A stretch of DNA of 64,000 bases from NCBI GenBank assembly GCA_963785835.1, contig CAWAWO010000002.1, forward strand, positions 228,327 through 292,326, in the 5' to 3' direction. The DNA comes from an uncultured Actinomycetes bacterium. Lineage in GTDB: Bacteria > Actinomycetota > UBA4738 > HRBIN12. The position numbers were made by a program, and so were the translations under genes. Below, one piece after another: positions 39,699-49,779 of this stretch. Under the pieces are notes generated by a model, which was given only the letters and a program-made list of their open reading frames with translations, was not told the DNA's origin and made no database searches. Within the stretch, counting starts at the first letter, position 1. Each line of letters starts with the position of its first letter.

Positions 39699-40847
39699 TC
39701 AGCCGGCGTTCGGAGCGCGGTGTCCGCGAGCGCGGAGGATCTCGACGAGCCGTTCGCGAGGGAGCGCCGGAGACCGGTGGCCCAGGAAGCCGACCATCTC
39801 CTCGTTGGCGACGAGCGAGTTCAGCACCGCCTCCTCGGTCGCCTGGACGACCCCTTCGAAGAGCGCGTCCATCGCGCCCCAGGGGAGGAACCGGAGCTCG
39901 TCGTAGTCCCGCCCCTCCCCGCGCAGGCTCGCTGCGCCGCGGGTGAACGCTCCCGGGTTGCCCGTCGAGAGCGCGAGGAACAGGTCGCCCGAGAAGTGGG
40001 AGCCGGAGGTGCCGGTCCGGGCGATCCCGACGGTCACCCGACGGGCCAGCGCCTCGCATTGGTTCGGGAGCAGCGGGGCGTCGGTCGCGACGACCGCGAT
40101 CACCGAACCCGCTCCCGCCGGCGCGACGAACGCGTCCGCCAACGGGTTGTCGTCCGCGAGCTCCTCGCCGACCGGAACGCCGTCGACCACGAGCTCGGAC
40201 CGGGCTCCGAAGTTCGTCTGGAGCAGGACGCCGACCGTGTACGTCGTCCCGGCGTGCTCGATCGCGCGGGACGCCGTGCCGGTGCCGCCCTTGAACTCGT
40301 AGCAGTTCATCCCGGTGCCGCCCCCGACCGAGCCCTCCTCGATCGGGCCGGACGCGGCCGCCTCGAGCGCGGCGACCCCGTGCTCCTCGGTGACGTGGCC
40401 GCCGCTCATGTCGTTCAGGTAGCCGTCCCAGGTCTCCGCGGCGACCGGGAGCAGCCATCCCCACCAGTCGGTGAGCTCCGGGTGGTGCTTCACCGTCCAG
40501 CGCACGATCGCCGCGTGCGCGATGCCGACCGCGTGCGTGTTCGTGATCGCGATGGGAGAGGCCGTGGTCCCGGACTCCGCGATCCAGGACACCCCGGTCA
40601 TCTCGCCGTTGCCGTTCTGCGAGTGGAACCCCGCCGCGCACGGGTCCGCGACGTCGTCGGCTCCACGAGGCAGGATCGCCGTCACCCCGGTGCGGACGTC
40701 GGTCCCTTCGATCAGCGTGGTGTAGCCGACCTCCACGCCGGGGACGTCGCTGATCGCGTTCCACGCGCCGGGCGTGCCACCGAACACGATCCCGAGCGCC
40801 CTCGCTCGCGGCTTGCCCGACGGCGTCGCGAGCAGCGGGTCGGTCAC
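39699..40847 (-). CDS. P1/S58 family peptidase (DmpA-like L-aminopeptidase/D-esterase)
   Basis: GTG 40847, 382 aa; GVEVGYTTL, TGVTAIL, GGGTGMNCYEFKGGTGTASR and GSHFSGDLFLALSTG are typical of the DmpA/Ntn family. Confidence 0.8.
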   Translation of the reverse strand: MTDPLLATPSGKPRARALGIVFGGTPGAWNAISDVPGVEVGYTTLIEGTDVRTGVTAILPRGADDVADPCAAGFHSQNGNGEMTGVSWIAESGTTASPIAITNTHAVGIAHAAIVRWTVKHHPELTDWWGWLLPVAAETWDGYLNDMSGGHVTEEHGVAALEAAASGPIEEGSVGGGTGMNCYEFKGGTGTASRAIEHAGTTYTVGVLLQTNFGARSELVVDGVPVGEELADDNPLADAFVAPAGAGSVIAVVATDAPLLPNQCEALARRVTVGIARTGTSGSHFSGDLFLALSTGNPGAFTRGAASLRGEGRDYDELRFLPWGAMDALFEGVVQATEEAVLNSLVANEEMVGFLGHRSPALPRERLVEILRARGHRAPNAG

Positions 40848-41202
40848 GTGACGGTGATCGTCGCCGTCATCGAAGGGTGGATGTCGCAGTGGTAGTTGAA
40901 GGTACCCCGCTGACCGAACCGACGACGGTAGGACTCGCCGTAGGAGAGCGTAGGGGAGTCCCAGATGCCGGTGTTCGACGTCGTCGTGTGGTTGTTGTTC
41001 CCTCGGTTCCGCCACCTCACGTGCGGTGCCGCGAGCGATCGTGAGGTTCCTCGGGCGGAACCGGTTGTCCACGATCCTCACCCTGCACGGGGCCCCCGCC
41101 CTGAGGCTCGTCCGAGCCGGCGCCGGCCGGGATGGCGATGGCGGTCACGGCGAGTCCGAGCACGAGCGCGAGCGCGAAACCTCTGGCGATCGAACGTCTC
41201 AT
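40844..41202 (-). pseudogene. small secreted cupredoxin (amicyanin/plastocyanin-like), two frame breaks
   Basis: GAGGAGGG then ATG 41202 with signal peptide MRRSIARGFALALVLGLAVTAIAIPAGAG. VRIVDNRFRPRNLTIARGT in the second frame. VRWRNRGNNNHTTTS...GTFNYHCDIHPSMTATITVT in the third (type-1 Cu ligands H, C, H, M). The stop overlaps the DmpA-like GTG. Confidence 0.75.
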
Positions 41203-41252
41203 GGCGACCCTCCTCGTGGAACTCGGAAGGCGGCCCATGCTAGCCCAGGTCG

Positions 41253-41730
41253 TTGAATAAGGAGGCGCCCTGGCCTACGTTCGAGCCCGTGGAGACCGCG
41301 GGCCGGAGGACGGGCGTGCTGTACGGGATCGACGGCCCCCGGCGGCGACCGCGTCCCCAGCCACTGCCGGCGGAGGAGGTCGTGGACCTCGTCGCGGCGT
41401 CGCGGGCGTCACATCCCGCCTTCCGCGCCCCGAGCATCCTCGAGATCAAGTTCGAGGAGCTCCGCACCGACCTGGTGGCCGAGATCGGGACTCGGGTCGA
41501 CGACGCGGTGGGCCGGATCCAGGCGACCTTCGAGGCCGAGATCGAGGCCCTCCGAACCCTGAACCGAGAAGAGGCCAAGCGCCTGCGTTCGACGACCGGT
41601 GAGGAGCTGGCTCGCGTGCGCGCGGCGGACACGCGACGAGCTCGAGCGGATCCGGGTCGCGATCGAGGACGGGATCGGGCGGTTGCTGGACTTCCTGGAG
41701 GAGGAGCTCGACGCTCTCAGGCCGGCGTGA
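41253..41730 (+). pseudogene. hypothetical coiled-coil protein, frame break near 41635
   Basis: MNKEAPWPTFEPV...RIQATFEAEIEALRTLNREEAKRLRSTTGEELARVRAA, then DELERIRVAIEDGIGRLLDFLEEELDALRPA in the next frame, ending at TGA 41728-41730. Confidence 0.5.
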
Positions 41731-41736
41731 GCCCGC

Positions 41737-42837
41737 TCAGAACGTCATGAGCGGAGCGTCGCACACCAACATCAGCAGGTCGTGCGGGTCGACGGCATCC
41801 CCGTCGCCCGGGTGCCACTCGAAATGGTTGTGCGGTCCTCCCGCGTTGCCCGTCGCACCGACGTAGCCGATCACGTCGCCCTTCTCGACCGGCCCGAGCT
41901 TGCCGAACCGCGACAGGTGGGCGTTGTAGACGTAGCCGAGCTCGCCGTGGACCTTGACCGCGAGCCCACCGAGCTTGTTGGCGGCGGTGACCGCGATGCC
42001 GTCGAACGGCGCCACGATCGGGGTGCCCGACGCCGCGTAGATGTCGTTGCCCTGGTGGACGTGGTTGCCACCTCGCTCCTTCGACCGGTGCACCCAGATC
42101 CCGAAGTCGTCGGCGATCGCGTGCGGCCCGGCCATCGGACACACGGCGAACGGCCGCATCCTCGAGATCTCGTCCTTGATCTGCTCGGCACGCACGTGGA
42201 GCTCGGCGACCAGCTGGCGGAACGTCGCCATCTTCTTCTGGAGCTCCTTGCGTTGGGCCTCCAACCGCAGGCGCTCGATCTCGATCACCTGCCAGGCTCG
42301 TGTCACGCCGGCGCGCGCTCTCTCGAGCAGCTCGGTCGTGACCGCTATCTCGGCCGCGAGGACCTCGTCGCGCCGGTTCATCTCGTTCAGGAAACCGAGC
42401 CGGGACGCGGCTTCGGCCGCCGAGGTCGCCGTGAGCACGTACATGACCGGGGCGCTCCCCATCATGTAGGCCTCTCGGTTGCGCTGGTCGAGCTCGTCCT
42501 CGAGCATCGCGGCCTCGAGCTCCAGCTCCGTGATCTGCCGCTGGAACTCCAGCATGTCCTCGTGCGCGTGGTTCAGTCGATCCTCGGTTCTCGAGATGAT
42601 CGTGGCGAGCGCGTTCATCTTCCGCTGGAGCTTGCGGAGCTTGAGGTTTCCTGCGCGGATCTGCTCCTGGGTCAGGTGGAGTTCCTTCTTGGCTCGTTCC
42701 AGCGCCTCCTCCCCGTCGTCCGCCGAGACCTGAGGGGCCACGAACAGGGACGCGGAGAGGAACGCGGCGGCGAGTGCCACCGCGAAGGCTCGGGCGCGCG
42801 GCGGCGCGCCCCCTTCGCTGCTACGCGGGCTCGACAT
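41737..42837 (-). CDS. M23 family metallopeptidase with N-terminal coiled coil (secreted peptidoglycan endopeptidase)
   Basis: ATG 42837; signal-like AFAVALAAAFLSASLFVAPQVSA, long coiled coil, then M23 motifs HQGNDIYA and GPHNHFEWHP. Confidence 0.85.
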   Translation of the reverse strand: MSSPRSSEGGAPPRARAFAVALAAAFLSASLFVAPQVSADDGEEALERAKKELHLTQEQIRAGNLKLRKLQRKMNALATIISRTEDRLNHAHEDMLEFQRQITELELEAAMLEDELDQRNREAYMMGSAPVMYVLTATSAAEAASRLGFLNEMNRRDEVLAAEIAVTTELLERARAGVTRAWQVIEIERLRLEAQRKELQKKMATFRQLVAELHVRAEQIKDEISRMRPFAVCPMAGPHAIADDFGIWVHRSKERGGNHVHQGNDIYAASGTPIVAPFDGIAVTAANKLGGLAVKVHGELGYVYNAHLSRFGKLGPVEKGDVIGYVGATGNAGGPHNHFEWHPGDGDAVDPHDLLMLVCDAPLMTF

Positions 42838-42982
42838 GATGGTCCGTGGCACGATAGCCGTGCGTGTGCTGTGCGCAACCCAATATCGGCTTAGGCCGTC
42901 CCCGAACCCGTCGAGTCCCCCGCGCGGTCCACGGACGTTGCGTTCCTTGCCACGCAGGGGGTGGGGATAGACTCGATGCCCC

Positions 42983-44457
42983 ATGAGACGCCGTCCGCGC
43001 GTCGCCCTCCCGACGGGCTTCCGGGCTCGAACGGGGACGCTCGTCGCCCTCGTCGCGCTCCTGCCCGCCGCCGCGCTCGCGATCTCGGGGCTGGCGTCCG
43101 CTGGCGGGGAACCCGAAGCGGATCGTGCCGACCCCGCTCGCGGGCCCGAGCCCCGAGGCTCCCACCGAGCCCGAGGGCATCTTCAAGCTCGATCACCTGA
43201 TCTTCATCGTGCAGGAGAATCGCTCGTTCGATCACTACTTCGGTACGTACCCAGGAGTGGACGGGTTCAGCTACGAGAACGGCAAGCCTTCCGACTGCGT
43301 CCCGGACCCGATCCTGCGCCACAGGTCGTGCGTCTACCGATCCACCGAGGAGCGCTACAAGGGAGGTCCGCACAACAAGCGCTCGGCCGTCGCCGCGATC
43401 AACGGCGGCGCGATGAACGGGTTCATCCACGCGCTCCCGCCGACGCAATACTGGTGCGCCGAGCGTTCGCACCCGGACTGCGCGTCGTTCCTCGGACCCG
43501 AGCAGCAGCCCGACGTGATGAGCTACGTGACGCGCAAGGAGATCCCCAACTACTGGCGGTACGCGGACGCGTACGTGCTGCAGGATCGGATGTTCGCGCC
43601 GACCGACGGCTGGACCCTTCCCGCGCACCTGTTCCTGGTCTCCGGGTGGTCGGCGTCGTGCCTCAACCCCCGCGATCCGATGTCGTGCGTCTCGAACGTG
43701 AAGCTCCAGAGCACGAAGAACCAGTGGAGGTACGGAGAGAGGCCGATCTACGCGTGGACCGACATCACGTGGCTGCTCGACCGCTTCGACGTGTCGTGGG
43801 GGTACTACGTGGGCCCGGCAACCTGCTCGTTCCCGCCGTGCGAGGGGGACGAGAGGAAGGGCGGCTACACGTCGTCGTCGAAGAACCCGCTCCCGGGGTT
43901 CACGACCCTGGAGGAAACCGGACAGCAGGAGAACATCCTCAAGCACGGTGACTTCCTGCGAGCGGCCGCGAGGGGAACGCTGCCCTCGGTCTCGTGGATC
44001 GTCCCGGGCAACCTCGGGAGCGAGCACCCGCAGGGGAAGCGCGGGCATCAGCGCGGGGATGGCGCACGTCACGCGGATGGTGAACGCCGTGATGAAGGGA
44101 CCGCTCTGGGAACGCTCGGCGATCTTCCTGACGTGGGACGACTGGGGCGGCTTCTACGACCACGTGCTCCCTCCGCTCGTGGACGAGAACGGGTACGGCC
44201 TGCGGGTGCCGGGTCTCGTCATCAGCCCGTACGCCCGGCGCGGGTACATCGACAGCCAGACGCTGACGTTCGACGCGTACCTGAAGCTGATCGAGGACCG
44301 GTTCCTGGAAGGCCAGCGGCTGGATCCGGAGACGGACGGGCGGCCGGACTCGCGGCCGACGGTTCGCGAGGAGGTGGCGATCCTCGGCGACCTGGCGTTG
44401 TCGTTCAACTTCAACCGCTCGCCGCGGGAGCCGCTGATCCTGGATCCCACGCCGTAG
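42983..44457 (+). pseudogene. phosphoesterase family protein (phospholipase C / acid phosphatase AcpA-like), two frame breaks
   Basis: Signal peptide MRRRPRVALP...LLPAAALAISGLASA (frame 2). IFIVQENRSFDHYFGTYPGVDG...[15 protein letters not shown] (frame 0). [36 protein letters not shown]... (frame 1). Breaks near 43110 and 44045. Confidence 0.8.
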
Positions 44458-45795
44458 CGGCGGGCCCATCAAACCGCTTACGAAGGTCGATCGCTGTCAG
44501 AGGAGGTTTGTGTCGCGCCGTTTCCCGGGCGCTCGGCGACTCAAGTCTCCGGTGGCCTCCCTGTCTTTGTGTCGTGTCCTTTTATTCGCTCCCAGCGACT
44601 GATCTTGCGCTACCCTCACGAGGTGTCGTTTGAGCGCCGCAGCGACACAGATCGCCCGCGGCGGCGACCGACGAGCAGATCGCGAGCGCGGAGGTGTCCG
44701 AATCAGACGTGGCGATTACCCTCGACGATAGAGGCGGAAGACATCGGGGCAAGATCGGACAACAGGAGCTACAACCGACGGCGATCGAGGGCAACACGCT
44801 CGCATGAGAGGCAGAGGTCCTGCGACGCGAGGGAGGGCGACGGCGACAAGCAGCTCGCTGAATACATGGAGGTGCCGGGCCGCGGACGCGGCCCAGGGGT
44901 GTACGGCAGGGCCTGTCCAGAGGCGACGGACGACCGGGGCCATCGCGACTCACCGAGGTCGCTACGTCAACACGAGCTGGCGAAGATCGAAGGCGTGGCG
45001 AGGTTGCGCCCCAGCCTGACCTGGCCCGAACGAAGGGCCGGGCTCGATCCGAGCAGCAGAACATCCACCAGTTTCCCGGCGGCAGCGCCCCGTCGATGGC
45101 CCGAGGTCGCATCGGTCTCCGACGAGCAGGTCGAGCATCGGCTCGGCGCGATCCTGGCCGATCTCGGTGCGCCCGGCGCTCGCCGACAGCCATGAACGGA
45201 GTTCGAACGGACACTCCGTGCGACAGGCACCGGCTGTACGGCCGCCTCTGACGAACCTCCTCTGATCCGTCGGACCTGGCCGCCGTCATCCAGCAAGGCA
45301 GATGAATGCGTTCAGCTGCGCTTCGCTGAGCCGAAGCCGGCGACCCTGGTCCGCTCGGCGAGCGATCGCTCGAGCGGTCATCGATACGGCATGCGCTTCA
45401 TCGGACGGTCGTTGCGGGACCGGCGCGACTCGATGAGCTCGCGGCGCTCGCCGATCTTGATCTCCGCCCGTGACCTCCGCGCGGCCCCGAGCGAGGGCGC
45501 ATGTCCGAGCGCAACGGGACGAGAGAGGACATCGCGGAGCACCGATAGCTGGCTCGATGAATACCGGCCAGTCGCGACGGGTCGCCAACGCTCCGAGGGC
45601 TCCTCGCTCGGCCGTGGAGCGCCGGCCCGGGCGACCTCGGCTGCTCGCGCGAAGGATCTGCTGAGACGGGGCCGCTGGGGGGCGACGCTCCCGGCCAGGC
45701 TCGCACCGCCCCGAACCAGCCGGGGCCCACCGGCACGCGTGCTACTCTCGTGTCGTCGGTGTCTGAAGCAGCAGCTACTTTCTCAGTCGCGGTCA

Positions 45796-45821
45796 GCAAC
45801 CCTGGGGCCCTTTTCGGCGTT
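45796..45821 (+). promoter_or_regulatory. candidate ECF-type promoter upstream of the sigma gene
   Basis: gcAACC - 16 nt - CGTT, ending 22 nt before GTG 45843. Motif match only. Confidence 0.25.
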
Positions 45822-45842
45822 CCTTTCCATAAGGGCTGATAC

Positions 45843-47486
45843 GTGGTCATCAGGGTTCCAGACCAGCGACCCACCAAGGGCGGCTATGCCGCCCTGGACG
45901 ACCGCATGCTCGTTCTGGACTTCCAGGCGGGCAACCCGCAGGCCTTCGTCGAGATCCACCGTCGGTACGGCGCCCTCGCCCGGCACGTCTGTCAGCGGTT
46001 CCTGCCCAACCGGCAGGACGCCGACGAGGCGTTCCAGGAGTCGATGATCCGGGTCTTCCAGGGGCTGTACAAGTTCAACGGCAGCTACGCGCTCGCCCCG
46101 TGGATCGGCCGGATCGCGAAGAACGTCTCGCTCGACCACCTTCGGGGCCGCGATCGCCGGCCCCAAGCCGACGGATCGGCCCCGGCCGCCGACGAGCTGC
46201 CCCGTCCGGGCGACGAGGCCGACGAGATCGTCGAGCGCCTCGTGCAGCGCGACACCGTGCTCGCGGTGCTCGCGGACATGCCCGAGACCCACCGGCAGGT
46301 CCTCATGCTCCGCGAGATCGACGGGCTGTCGCACCGCGAGGTCGCCCACGAGATGGACGTCACGACGTCGCAGGCCAAGGCCCTGATCCATCGCGCGAAG
46401 GGGAGCTTCCGCCGACGCTGGCTCGAGAAGCTCGCCGACCGGGGCGGGCTCGCGGCCTTCGCGTTCCTTCCCTTGATCTGGCTCACGAGGTTCAGCGGCG
46501 CGATCAAGCGGTTCGGCGACCGCGCGGGGGCCGCGGCGCAGACCGCGCACGCCGCCGCGCCCGAAGCCGTCGCGCAGACCATGACCGCGACCGCGACCGC
46601 AGCCCCGGCCGCGACGGGGCTCAGCGAGCGGCTGGTGGCGGCGGGCGTCACGATCCTCGTCGCCGGCAGCGTCACGGTCGGCGCGGCCAAGATCGTGAAC
46701 GAACGGGCGGTGCCCTGCCGAGGAGATCGCGGCCGCGGCGGCCGTCACCGATCAGGAGACGGCGCCCCCCGAGCTCGAGGTGCCCGACGTGGCCGAACCC
46801 GAGTCGATAATCGAGCCCGCCGAACGCGAGGACCGGCGACGGTGTCCCCGGGGTCGTCGTGACCGACCCGACGGACTCGACCGACCCCGCTCGAGCCGGC
46901 CGACCCGGCCCCGGCCGAGGAGACCGCGCCGCCGCCGGATGCTGCGCCTTCGCCCGAGCCTTCTCCGCCACCCGACCCGGCACCCGATCCGGCACCCGAA
47001 CCTCCGCCGCCTCCGCAGGTTCCTGCCTGGTCGTACGAGTTCACCTCGTCGACCACGTCCGCGGAGACGTGCGGGTGCCCGGAAGCGCAGGTGGTCGGAT
47101 CCCAGCCCGACCGAACCGGGGACGGCTTCGCCTTCGACCTGGCCATCCGGGGAGGAGCTCGTGACGCTGCCGGCGATCTGACGTGGCCGTTCGCCCTACA
47201 GCAGTGGGGGCAGGTCAACGGGTCCGGCGGTGGGCTCGACTTCCGTTTCACCTTGGATTCGAAGGGCGGACAGTTCCTCTACGGTGGAAGTGCAACGCTT
47301 GCGGAGCGGAGCGAGCTCCCCGATGGGGCCGTGATGTATCGCTTCGAAGGCACCTTCGGGCGGATGAACGGAGCTCAGCCCGAGCCCGGCCTTCCTCTGA
47401 GAGGGTCCGTGAGCGCCACGCTGAGCGTCTGGCGGGACGGGACGATCTTCGCCGGCTCGTTCGCGCTCCTGGACGCGCCAGCGTAG
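45843..47486 (+). pseudogene. ECF sigma-70 family factor fused to a transmembrane, Pro-rich and C-terminal globular extension; about three frame breaks
   Basis: Region 2 (DADEAFQESMIRVFQGL, PWIGRIAKNVSLDHLR) and region 4 (LREIDGLSHREVAHEMDVTTSQAKALIHRAKGSFRR) run without a stop into LAAFAFLPLIWL and LVAAGVTILVAGSVTVGAA. Acidic and Pro-rich linkers follow in frames 1, 2 and 0. The final domain WSYEFTSS...SFALLDAPA ends at 47486. Confidence 0.65.
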
Positions 47487-47758
47487 TTCGCGCATCCTCG
47501 GAGCCACCGTTCTGCTGCTGGAGCCGTACGACAGACGGCCGGGTTGACTGGCGGTAGCTGAGCGCATTACCATCCGCGCGACCTTCCCGGCAGAGCTGTT
47601 TTGTTGTGCCTGCGCGGGCAAGGTGTTTGGGGACGTAGGAGATCAGGGGGATTTTCTTGTCCGAGGGAGCAACCTTTCGGTTCGGCAGACGTTTTATCAG
47701 GTGAATCGGGCAAACGAGTGCCCGCTGTGCCTGCACGAAGGGGGGATTTTCGCCCGGC

Positions 47759-47785
47759 GGGGGACCGGGCGGAACGGACAACGTA
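47759..47785 (+). promoter_or_regulatory. candidate ECF-type promoter upstream of RTX gene A
   Basis: ggGGGACC - 15 nt - CGTA, followed by GAAAGGAG (47801-47808) and ATG 47814. Confidence 0.25.
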
Positions 47786-47813
47786 GTATCCGGAGCAACA
47801 GAAAGGAGCACAT

Positions 47814-49546
47814 ATGAGTTTCCTCCGTAAGGGGGTAAGGCGCCGGGGCAAGGTAGCGACGGCTGCGACCACGGTCGTAGCGCTCGCGGCCTTCCAGGCG
47901 CTGGCAATCATCGGGGCGACGGCGGCGTTCGCGGAGAACTGCGACGTCACCACCCCCGGCACGCTCACGGTCGACCTGTTCTCGAACGACTCCGTGACGA
48001 TTGAGGTCGCCTCGGACGGGACGATCGAGACCAGCGGTTCCAACTGTGACGACGCGGACGAACTCGGCCATCAGCACGATCGTCGTCACCGGCGAGGACG
48101 ACAACGAGGAACTCTTCATCGATGAGGACGGTGCTGGCGGCCCGTTCGCCGCGACGACCTGGAACATCAACCTGGGCGGCGACAACGGCGATGACCTCAA
48201 CTTCCGCCTCAACGGGGACCAGGACAACACGATCGTCCTGACGAACACGACGTTCAACCTGAACGGCGCGGTCGGCACGGTCGCCAACAATGAGTTCCTC
48301 GACGTGTTCGGCCAGGGACGGCGACGACACGATCGACGCCAGCGGCGTGCTCTTGATGGACGCGGACCTGGAGGGCGGCAACGGCGACGACTTCATCGCA
48401 TCGGGCACCGGGACCGATGACGTCCTCGACGGCGAGGGCGGCGACGACACGCTCAGCTACGCCACCCGCACGAGCTGCATGTTCGTCGATAACAACAACG
48501 AGGCGGGCGCCGACAACAACTGCGACGGCGACAACGACGATGTGACCGAAGAGGAAGACGAGCTCGGCGACTGCTTCGAGACCGTCGTCACCGGCTCGGG
48601 CAACGACCTGATCCTGGACAACAACTGCTGCGGCGCCAACACCTACGCCCCGGGTGCCGGCGACGACGACGTCCAGGAGGACGACGACGACGACACGATC
48701 GACTTCTCCAGCTCGGGCACGGGCGGCGTCGTGATCGATCACCCGGCCGGGACGGCGACCGGCGAGGGCAGCGACACCTTCGAGGACGCCGACAACTTCA
48801 TCGGCACGAACCTCGACGACACGCTGCTCATCGACGACGACGCGCCGGGTGGCGTCGACAGCTTCTCGGGCCTGGACGGGGTCGACACCGTGGACGCGAC
48901 CGCTGCCCCGGCCCAGGAGGCGTGGATGTCGACCTGGACGACCTGGACCCCGTGATCATGACGATCTGGAGAACCTGATCGGCAGCGCGTTCAGCGACGC
49001 AGATCTGGACGGCAACCAGAACGCGAACGTGATCCGACTGGGGCGCCGGCAACGACGACCTCAACGGCGGCGAGGGCGGCGACACGTTCTTCGGCGGTCC
49101 CGGCAATGACGAGTTCGACGGTGATCGAGGGCGGCGACAAGGTCTCCTTCATCGAGCAACACGCGGCAGGTGTCGACGTTGACCTGTCACTCGGCTTCGC
49201 CACGGGCCGGACTCGGGCGATGACGACTTCGACGACGTGATCGAGATCATCATCGGCTCGAACTTCACGGACTCGATCACCGGAGGGTCCTTCGCCGGCG
49301 GCGGCACGGTCAACTTCCTGTTCAAGGGCAAGGAAGAAGGCGACGTGCTGACCGGGTTCAACAGCAACGACACCCTGAACGGCGGCAAGGGCGGCGACAC
49401 CCTGCGCGGCGTCGGCGGCGACGACACCCTGCTCGGGCGGAAGGGCGCCGAGACCTGTCCCGGTGGCAACGGCATCGACATCGGCAAGGGCGGCCCGGGC
49501 TTCGACGAATGCCAGGAGCGTCGAGCAGGCGTTCAGCTGCGTCTAA
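47814..49546 (+). pseudogene. secreted calcium-binding repeat protein A (hemolysin-type/RTX GGxGxD repeats, Cys-containing), at least five frame breaks
   Basis: Sec signal MSFLRKGVRRRGKVATAATTVVALAAFQALAIIGATAAFA. Pieces in successive frames: TIVVTGEDDNEELFIDEDG, LEGGNGDDFIASGTGTDDVLDGEGGDDTL, GNDDLNGGEGGDTFFGGPGNDEF, LNGGKGGDTLRGVGGDDTLLG. The C-terminus GPGFDEC..VEQAFSCV ends at TAA 49544-49546. Confidence 0.7.
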
Positions 49547-49606
49547 GCCGGACGTCTGGCGGGGAGCCCGAACCGGGGCTCAACCGCTCGACGGCAGAGG
49601 CACCAC

Positions 49607-49645
49607 GGACCGGCCCCCTTCGGGGGGCCGGTTCCGTTTCCGTCT
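49607..49645 (+). terminator. rho-independent-like terminator after RTX gene A
   Basis: ggaccggccccc ttc ggggggccggttcc (about 12-bp stem with one bulge) followed by gtttccgtctt. Confidence 0.6.
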
Positions 49646-49684
49646 TACCGCAACCTGGTCGGTCGCAGGCGATCTGTGTATAGC

Positions 49685-49712
49685 GGGAACCGACCGATGC
49701 GCAGGAGTCGAT
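49685..49712 (+). promoter_or_regulatory. candidate ECF-type promoter upstream of RTX gene B
   Basis: GGGAACC - 17 nt - CGAT, about 65 nt before ATG 49780. Confidence 0.2.
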
Positions 49713-49779
49713 TGAAATGGCGCGTCCACCGCTATAGGGTTGGCGCGTCCGGTGTCGCCGTCGGAACAGGGGGTTCGAG

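Noticed and set aside
44569-45289. Overlapping 208-aa (+) and 235-aa (-) ORFs as real genes
   Set aside because: Both are Arg/Ser/Pro-rich with no motif, overlap each other almost completely and lack ribosome-binding sites. The region is reported as unassigned instead.
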